NCBI GenBank assembly: GCA_002773835.1 | Contig: PFAC01000054.1 | Location: 1 to 63,667 of the forward strand | DNA from: Chlamydiae bacterium CG10_big_fil_rev_8_21_14_0_10_35_9 | Lineage (GTDB): Bacteria > Chlamydiota > Chlamydiia > Chlamydiales > SM23-39 | DNA length: 63,667 bases | Direction: 5' to 3' | Part shown: one piece after another, positions 57,862-63,667 of the stretch | Layout of the letters: each line of letters opens with the position of its first letter | Position numbering within the stretch: position 1 is the stretch's first letter | Made by a program: the position numbers and the translations under genes | Notes under the pieces: generated by a model | The model's database searches: none | What the model saw: the letters and a program-made list of their open reading frames with translations, nothing else | What the model was told of the DNA's origin: nothing

Positions 57862-58755
57862 TTACATTTCCTGGTTCCAGAATTGCGTGCAGTTTCGCCC
57901 GGAAGATTTGGCTGCCATAAGGGCTTTGTCTGCTCTTTCTATTGAATCCTCAACAGGAGCATAAAGGTCTAGAGGGGAGATCCCAAATGATACAGTGATG
58001 CGAATAGGAGTAGGTTCTTTAATAATATCATTAGCAGCTATTTTGTTGCGTAGCTCTTCAATCTTTTCAAAAGCTTTGTTTGCTTCAATATTATTTAAAG
58101 AAATAAGAAACTCTTCTCCCCCATAGCGAAAAATTCTATCATGAGGTTGAAGATTTTCTGCTATTAGATGGGCAACAACAGATAAGATATTATCTCCTAT
58201 TTTATGACCATGTTGGTCGTTAATTGCTTTAAAATGGTCAATGTCCATCATAACTAAAAAACAGCGTTGATTTTCCCTTTTAGCACTTTCTTGTTGTTCT
58301 CGTAAAAGGGTGAGCATGTTGACTCGGTTAATGGTTTTAGTCAACGGATCACGGGTATAGAGTAAATTTTCCAGCTCTCGTATCAAAGTGGTTATTTCTA
58401 AACTAAGCCTTTCTAAGGAATTGGAAAAATTGTCATATTCGGGAGGGGATACTACTCTTCCTGAATTTACTGCCTCCAGTAAAGATTTAGCCAACTGGTG
58501 CATTCTTTCATGTTCTTCTCCTAGTGCTTTAAAACCGGGGTGTTTACTTAAATGGTTTAGATTTTCTGAATAATACCATTGACCGAAACGGCACTGTCTA
58601 TGAGCATCATCAGCAATATCGCGTTGATCGGGGGGGAGGTGGCATATAAGAGTTCGAATAAGTGAGTTAAACCAAGCCTGATGGTTATAAATTGCTTGAT
58701 CTAATCTTGTGATAATTTTTTGTAAGTCTTCGTGATTCATTTCAGTAAAAGGCAT
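57862..58755 (-). CDS. Diguanylate cyclase with an N-terminal chemoreceptor zinc-binding (CZB) domain, DgcZ-like
   Basis: CZB ligands 'AIYNHQAWF', 'QCRFGQWY' and 'EEHERMH'. GGDEF domain 'MDIDHFKAINDQHGHKIGD' and 'RYGGEEF'. The I-site position reads QPHD, not RxxD. Confidence 0.85.
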   Translation of the reverse strand: MPFTEMNHEDLQKIITRLDQAIYNHQAWFNSLIRTLICHLPPDQRDIADDAHRQCRFGQWYYSENLNHLSKHPGFKALGEEHERMHQLAKSLLEAVNSGRVVSPPEYDNFSNSLERLSLEITTLIRELENLLYTRDPLTKTINRVNMLTLLREQQESAKRENQRCFLVMMDIDHFKAINDQHGHKIGDNILSVVAHLIAENLQPHDRIFRYGGEEFLISLNNIEANKAFEKIEELRNKIAANDIIKEPTPIRITVSFGISPLDLYAPVEDSIERADKALMAAKSSGRNCTQFWNQEM

Positions 58756-58761
58756 AAATGG

Positions 58762-60162
58762 TTACTTTTTTTCTTGGGATACTCTTTCCCCCCTTTTATA
58801 CACATAGCGATTTTTCGTAAAGAAGCGAAAAAATCCTACAATACGCCACCAAACAGTAATTGGTCGGTAAGTAAAATTGTCTAAAAGAGAAAAGAAAAAC
58901 ATTTTAGCAATCATTCTAATGGATTGGTATTTTCTTAAGAAAATCTCTTGCATAATCATGGAGGTAATCGTTAGAAACAGACTAGTTCCCCACGCAATCA
59001 GGATAAAGTACCAAAAAAAGGCAAGGTTTAACACTCCAAAAAAATAACAGAAGGTGACGTAAAGATAGCCAAATCCTTCAATTAAAGGAGCTAGTGCCTC
59101 TCCAAAAAAAAGAAAAGGAAAATGGATAAACCCTACTTTTCCATATTTAGGGTTAAACATCATCTTTCTTCTTCTCCAGCAAACTTCAACAATAGAGCAG
59201 TGCCATCGTTTGCGCTGTTTGGCTAGGGAGGAAAATGTTTGTGGTACATCGGTCCAAACAATTGAGTCAAAGACATAATCGATACGGTATGGCTTTTTTT
59301 TGTCGCGCATGTCTTTATGAAGGGCAATAGTCATATCAAGATCGCCTGCTAGTACTTTTTGAAATCCTCCGATGTCAACAACTGCTTGTTTGTTAAAAAG
59401 GCCAAACCCTCCAGAGATAATAGGTGATCCACCTAGCTGGTTCCATCCAAGCCTTGCAAAGAAAAAAGTTTTTAAATATTCAATAACTTGCATCGATCCC
59501 CAAAAAGAAGAAGGTAAACTAACTTTTGTCACCTTTCCATTTTCTAGCGTGCACCCGTTTAAAATAGTAAGCATCCCACCCATAGCGCATATATTTTTTT
59601 CTGTAAAAAGATGTTGAGAAAATCGGTGTACCGCATCAGGATCAATGATTGAATCTGCATCAATATTTATAAAAAAAGGGGTCATGCATGCGTTAATGCC
59701 TGCGTTGATAGAGTCTTCTCTTCCTCCATTTTTTTTGTGGATCACCGTTAGATTAGGATGTGATTGAGAACGGTAATAATGTTTTATGGGCTCAGTTTTT
59801 AAAATGGGGCGAAAAATAGGAGGGAAAGAATCTAATGTATATTTATTCATTAATAGTTGCATTGTCTGGTCGGTAGAATCATCATCTACAACGATTACCT
59901 TGATGTGAGGAAAATCAACATTTAAAGCGGCAGCAACAGAGGACAGTAAAACTTCTGATTCATTAAAAGTAGGAATAATGATTGTAATAGGAGGAACAAC
60001 ATCAAGCTTTAAGAGCTGATAAGAATCTTGCGCTTTAACTTCTTGTGATCTTCGAACAAGGTTTGGATTGGTGAAAATAAGAAGAAGTATATAAAAGCCA
60101 TTCAGCAATAAAAAATACCCAAGTATGAATAGATCTATTCCTAAAAGGATATTTTCATTCAT
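58762..60162 (-). CDS. Processive family 2 glycosyltransferase (PgaC/IcaA/NodC-like synthase)
   Basis: N- and C-terminal TM helices, 'ITIIIPTFNES', 'VVDDDSTD', 'NIDADSI' and 'QRKRWHCS' (Q-x-x-R-W). Confidence 0.8.
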   Translation of the reverse strand: MNENILLGIDLFILGYFLLLNGFYILLLIFTNPNLVRRSQEVKAQDSYQLLKLDVVPPITIIIPTFNESEVLLSSVAAALNVDFPHIKVIVVDDDSTDQTMQLLMNKYTLDSFPPIFRPILKTEPIKHYYRSQSHPNLTVIHKKNGGREDSINAGINACMTPFFINIDADSIIDPDAVHRFSQHLFTEKNICAMGGMLTILNGCTLENGKVTKVSLPSSFWGSMQVIEYLKTFFFARLGWNQLGGSPIISGGFGLFNKQAVVDIGGFQKVLAGDLDMTIALHKDMRDKKKPYRIDYVFDSIVWTDVPQTFSSLAKQRKRWHCSIVEVCWRRRKMMFNPKYGKVGFIHFPFLFFGEALAPLIEGFGYLYVTFCYFFGVLNLAFFWYFILIAWGTSLFLTITSMIMQEIFLRKYQSIRMIAKMFFFSLLDNFTYRPITVWWRIVGFFRFFTKNRYVYKRGERVSQEKK

Positions 60163-61246
60163 AAAGATCTACCTTTAAAGCAAATTGAGCCGCTTCGTAA
60201 GCATAACGGTCCTCTTTAGGGTTTACCTGATTTAATGTTTTAATTCCTTTATCTCCTATTCGTTTTAATGCCAAAGCGCTATTCATTCTTACCCACCACG
60301 TTTTATCCTTTAGCAAGTTCAACAGTTCAGAAACAGCCTCTTCAGCTTTTAGGTAGCCTAAGCTGCGAGCTGCTATAGCTTTTACTTCCCATTCAGGAGC
60401 TTTTAAAAGAGGAAGAAGAAGAGAAATACTTCTGGGCTCAAAAAAATGACCTAGAGCGCGAATAGCTGCGATGCGTAAATTCAAGTGAGCCGCATAAAGA
60501 TCTTTTTCTGCTAAATCAACAATGTGAGAATTCATCTTATGAGCTAATACTTCTAGACAGCTGACTCTTTTATAAGGATCAGTCTCTTTTTCAAACCTTT
60601 TTTCTATATGATCAAAGGATTTTGGGTTTCCCCCTAGTAAAGCTTCTTGAAATGGATGTCGTAAAAATCTATTACAGCTCATAGCATCAATAACAGCATT
60701 AGCACTTTTGTAAGTTCCCAGCTTTGCTGCACAAGCTGCAGCTGAGTACTTAATAATGGGGACTGGATCTTGTAATAAGTAAAGAACTTCAGGTTCATTA
60801 TTGGTATCAGGAAAATGAAGATAGCATCCGGCTGCCTGTACTCTTTTAGTCCATTTTTTAGAATAGGTCAGTTTTTTAGCTTGAGGAAAAAGAAGATTTT
60901 GAGAAATCGATTTTTTTAATGTTTCCCAATGGCTGTCTTTTACTTCTTCATTAACTTTTAAGATTAGGGGAACAAGAAAAGGAATATTACATTTACAGCC
61001 GGCAAATAAAGGTATAGAAAATTCTTTCTTTTGTTGAATTGCTTTGATTAAATAACTTTTGAAAGCTGCAAGTTTTTTTTCTTTTCTTTTCCCCGAAAAC
61101 GTAAGAATAGGTTTTAACAAGAAAGAAAACGCAATATGAAGTCCAATAAAAATGAATTGTGAAATTAAAATCCATTTGACTAAATATAGATAGGATAAAA
61201 ATTGATGTCGTAACATAAATGGATTACTTAGGCATACATTATTCAT
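60155..61246 (-). CDS. Membrane-anchored HEAT (PBS-lyase-type) repeat protein
   Basis: N-terminal TM 'WILISQFIFIGLHIAFSFLL'. Repeats include 'LRIAAIRALGHF', 'EWEVKAIAARSLGYL' and 'TWWVRMNSALALKRIGD'. 8-nt overlap with the synthase gene. Confidence 0.7.
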   Translation of the reverse strand: MNNVCLSNPFMLRHQFLSYLYLVKWILISQFIFIGLHIAFSFLLKPILTFSGKRKEKKLAAFKSYLIKAIQQKKEFSIPLFAGCKCNIPFLVPLILKVNEEVKDSHWETLKKSISQNLLFPQAKKLTYSKKWTKRVQAAGCYLHFPDTNNEPEVLYLLQDPVPIIKYSAAACAAKLGTYKSANAVIDAMSCNRFLRHPFQEALLGGNPKSFDHIEKRFEKETDPYKRVSCLEVLAHKMNSHIVDLAEKDLYAAHLNLRIAAIRALGHFFEPRSISLLLPLLKAPEWEVKAIAARSLGYLKAEEAVSELLNLLKDKTWWVRMNSALALKRIGDKGIKTLNQVNPKEDRYAYEAAQFALKVDLYE

Positions 61247-61258
61247 TTAAATAATTTA

Positions 61259-63145
61259 ATGACTTATAATTGGCAAGTTATGACAAAGATTAAGGCCTCG
61301 CTTTTCTTCCTATTGGTTATTGGGGGACTTTCAGCTCTTTCAGAACCTATTTTAGCTCCTCCTTCGGAAGTGCAAGAAGAAGTTTCTTTTCCTAATCCTC
61401 AGACAGCATATGAATGGTATGAATGGGGATTGATTCAAATTCGGGAGAAAAAATGGGAGGAAGCTAAACAAAGCCTTGAAGAGGCTCTTTTTTTAGATCC
61501 TGAACTTATTGTTGCCAAAGTGCAATTGGCCTTCCTTGAGTTATGGCAAAATAACTTATCTGCCTCCTATCAATCATTTTTGGAGGTGTTTGAAGTTTCT
61601 CCTTGTGAGCCTCACGCATTAGAGGGGGTTCGAGAAATTGGCTTACAATGGGCGCAAGAACAAACTAAACAGCAAGAAGAAGTTGTAATATATGAAAAAT
61701 TGAATAGCTGCGAGCCTCATAATCCCGACACTCTTTTTTACCTTGGGCGGTCTCTTGCCAGAACGGGAAACTGGAATCAAGCAAAAGGGGTCTTGCAAGA
61801 ATGTCTTAGATTAGCCCCTCAATATAGCGATGCAGAAATTCAGCTTGCTTACATTTATTTATGGGAAGGGAAACCAGAAGAAGCAGAAGCTCTTTTTATC
61901 AAATATCCTAATAATCCAGATGCGAAACTGGCTCTTGCGCGCATTGCAAGGCAGCGTAATGAACATGATAAAGCAAAAAAACACTTAGAAGAGATTCTTT
62001 CCGAGAATCCTGAACATCCTGAGGCAAGAAAAGAATATGCAAATGTTCTTTATTTAAGTGGAAATTACTTTGAAGCGGAGAATGAGTTCTCATGGCTTAT
62101 TGATAATGGAGAAGATCCCAATGTTTTATGGCTTCCTCTTTTTGATATTGGCTCCCATACCCGTTATGCACTGTGGACAGAAACGCTTTATACAGACGCT
62201 AAAGAAAATGACCCAGATCTTAGCGCTCCCGTGGTGAAGGATTATTATTTTTACAACGCGGTTCACGTATTAGTCCCTCTTACAAATATGTGGCGATTAG
62301 ACATCAAGCAGATTTATTATCACCAAAGAGAAAATGATATTTATCCACCTGTAGGCGTTAATTACTCTGCGTATTATTCTGGAGGTCAGATCACTTCTAA
62401 TTGCTATTTTTGCAAAAATTGGCAGTGGGATCTTTTTATAAGGATCTTTCATGCTTGGGGAAGCCAAAATCAAATCGCAAACTTTCCTTTTGAATCAAAA
62501 AATCGTTATGAGCCTGGAACAGGACTTCGCTATAGCACAGACAGACAATTGTTTTTTATTGGAGCCCATAGTGAATCTTTTATCATAAAAGATTTTTCCA
62601 GCAATATTTCCAAACTGCTTGGGACAATTAATTTAGTTGCCGCTTATACCTACCGTTTCAATTGGATATTAAAGCCAGAGGTTCAAGCATCCGTAGAACA
62701 GGTATTTATTAAAGACAACTTAAGAAATTGGAAAAACACTAGTAACGGCTCAATTCGATTTGGGCTGCCTTACATAGCAGACTATGTCAAAGCGATCTAT
62801 TTTTTTGAGTATGGGCACTTTGATAAGCTTTCTCAAAATTACTATTCTTTTAGAGAGCAGGTTAGAAATGCTATTGGTGGATATGTTCATGTTCCTATTA
62901 CCTCTTATATTTCTTGGAACACTACCTATTACCATAGGTGGCAGTTGACCCGTGACTTATTCCAACCGATCGGTAACCAAGTGTTTGTAGCTCAAAGACA
63001 ACTGTTGGTTGCTAACTGGGTTACTTCAGAAATTTTAGTCCGCTATAAAGATAAAATGCGCCTAGCTTTGGAAGGACATTATTTCCGAGATAACCTTCCT
63101 TATCGCGACTGGGGCATTACAGGTTCTTTCCTTTGGCAGTTTTGA
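61259..63145 (+). CDS. Outer-membrane TPR plus beta-barrel protein (PgaA/BcsC/NfrA-like exporter)
   Basis: Signal peptide 'ASLFFLLVIGGLSALS'. N-terminal TPR repeats of about 250 aa. C-half with alternating aromatic beta-strand pattern ending '...GITGSFLWQF' (terminal Phe). Confidence 0.65.
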   Translation: MTYNWQVMTKIKASLFFLLVIGGLSALSEPILAPPSEVQEEVSFPNPQTAYEWYEWGLIQIREKKWEEAKQSLEEALFLDPELIVAKVQLAFLELWQNNLSASYQSFLEVFEVSPCEPHALEGVREIGLQWAQEQTKQQEEVVIYEKLNSCEPHNPDTLFYLGRSLARTGNWNQAKGVLQECLRLAPQYSDAEIQLAYIYLWEGKPEEAEALFIKYPNNPDAKLALARIARQRNEHDKAKKHLEEILSENPEHPEARKEYANVLYLSGNYFEAENEFSWLIDNGEDPNVLWLPLFDIGSHTRYALWTETLYTDAKENDPDLSAPVVKDYYFYNAVHVLVPLTNMWRLDIKQIYYHQRENDIYPPVGVNYSAYYSGGQITSNCYFCKNWQWDLFIRIFHAWGSQNQIANFPFESKNRYEPGTGLRYSTDRQLFFIGAHSESFIIKDFSSNISKLLGTINLVAAYTYRFNWILKPEVQASVEQVFIKDNLRNWKNTSNGSIRFGLPYIADYVKAIYFFEYGHFDKLSQNYYSFREQVRNAIGGYVHVPITSYISWNTTYYHRWQLTRDLFQPIGNQVFVAQRQLLVANWVTSEILVRYKDKMRLALEGHYFRDNLPYRDWGITGSFLWQF

Positions 63146-63639
63146 GCATAGATATTTAAAATCTGTTCTTCAATTTCATGATTTGCCAGCTTTTCAGAGA
63201 AATAGGGCTTATTAGAAAAAAGCGTCCCCGTCTGAATATGTTTACCTGTCCTTTTAACAATGGCTTTAAAAAGTTTAAAAAAAGGATATAGCTTGTTAGA
63301 CACTGTTAAAAAAGTGTCTTGAGGGACTGGATCAGTAAATTGAATACGATAAAAAAGCTTTAACGGGTTATCTGGATAAGATTCAACATGAAAGAAGGGG
63401 GCGCCGTTTAGTGTTACACTTTGTAAAATATCTAATGCTTGTTGTGTCGATTGAGCATTGGGGAAAAAAAGATGGGCGTCATGTGTCATGTGCGCTTCAA
63501 TGGCAACTTTTTTAATGCCTATTAACTGCAAAAATTTTTTTTGGTTAATTTGTCGATACAAAACCCAAGGTTTTTCCTCCATAGTGTTTTTTTGTGACAA
63601 GGCATTGGTAACTAGGAAAAGATCGTCAGGTTGGAGCAT
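63100..63639 (-). CDS. Hypothetical protein, possibly the C-terminal part of an alkaline-phosphatase-superfamily enzyme; N-terminus may run off the window
   Basis: The frame stays open toward the window edge. 'KRTGKHIQTGTLFSNKP' resembles the COG3379-type 'G.H...G' terminal motif. Weak call. Confidence 0.35.
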   Translation of the reverse strand: MLQPDDLFLVTNALSQKNTMEEKPWVLYRQINQKKFLQLIGIKKVAIEAHMTHDAHLFFPNAQSTQQALDILQSVTLNGAPFFHVESYPDNPLKLFYRIQFTDPVPQDTFLTVSNKLYPFFKLFKAIVKRTGKHIQTGTLFSNKPYFSEKLANHEIEEQILNIYAQNCQRKEPVMPQSR

Positions 63640-63667
63640 AGCAAAAATTTTGCCTAAAATTTTATCG

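Overview
A 63.7 kb, AT-rich bacterial window with no rRNA, CRISPR array, transposase or integrase. Gene content and order point to an environmental, Parachlamydiaceae-like member of the Chlamydiae. The blocks rpsL-rpsG-fusA-rpsJ (no tuf) beside a tail-specific protease, and pseudouridine synthase/gpmA/nifS/nifU/birA/rodA, match my memory of Chlamydia gene order; I cannot search to confirm this. Content along the window: (1) 65-15641, a long minus-strand run holding a complete de novo pyrimidine pathway (carAB, pyrBI, pyrC, pyrD, pyrE, a URA3-like pyrF). It is interrupted by a GT9 glycosyltransferase, an ERG4/ERG24-type sterol reductase and GDP-mannose dehydratase, and followed by hemH. (2) 15.6-24.6 kb: glycogen phosphorylase, a flavoprotein, and a tightly coupled oxidoreductase (frameshifted)/DegT aminotransferase/Nudix/HAD amino-sugar cassette. 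(3) 24.6-39.2 kb: housekeeping genes (Pit/PhoU-like, gpmA, degenerate NifS/NifU pair, birA, rodA, str operon, tsp). (4) 39.2-44.9 kb: tRNA-Phe followed by an integrase-less islet bounded by repeated tRNA 3' segments. It carries a Panacea (DUF4065) antitoxin-like gene translationally coupled to a 2TM-GAF-like gene. (5) 45-54.8 kb: SulP, an OCD/aminotransferase/YheO operon, and a BlaI/BlaR1-like pair with two palindromic operators. (6) 54.9-63.1 kb: a large helical-repeat protein preceded by a C13 tract. It is followed by an operon of HEAT-TM protein, PgaC-like synthase, DgcZ-like CZB-GGDEF cyclase and 2H phosphoesterase, facing a TPR/beta-barrel exporter. The last locus and the islet gene pair are my best candidates for undescribed systems. 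All functional calls come from motif recognition by eye and are not database-verified.
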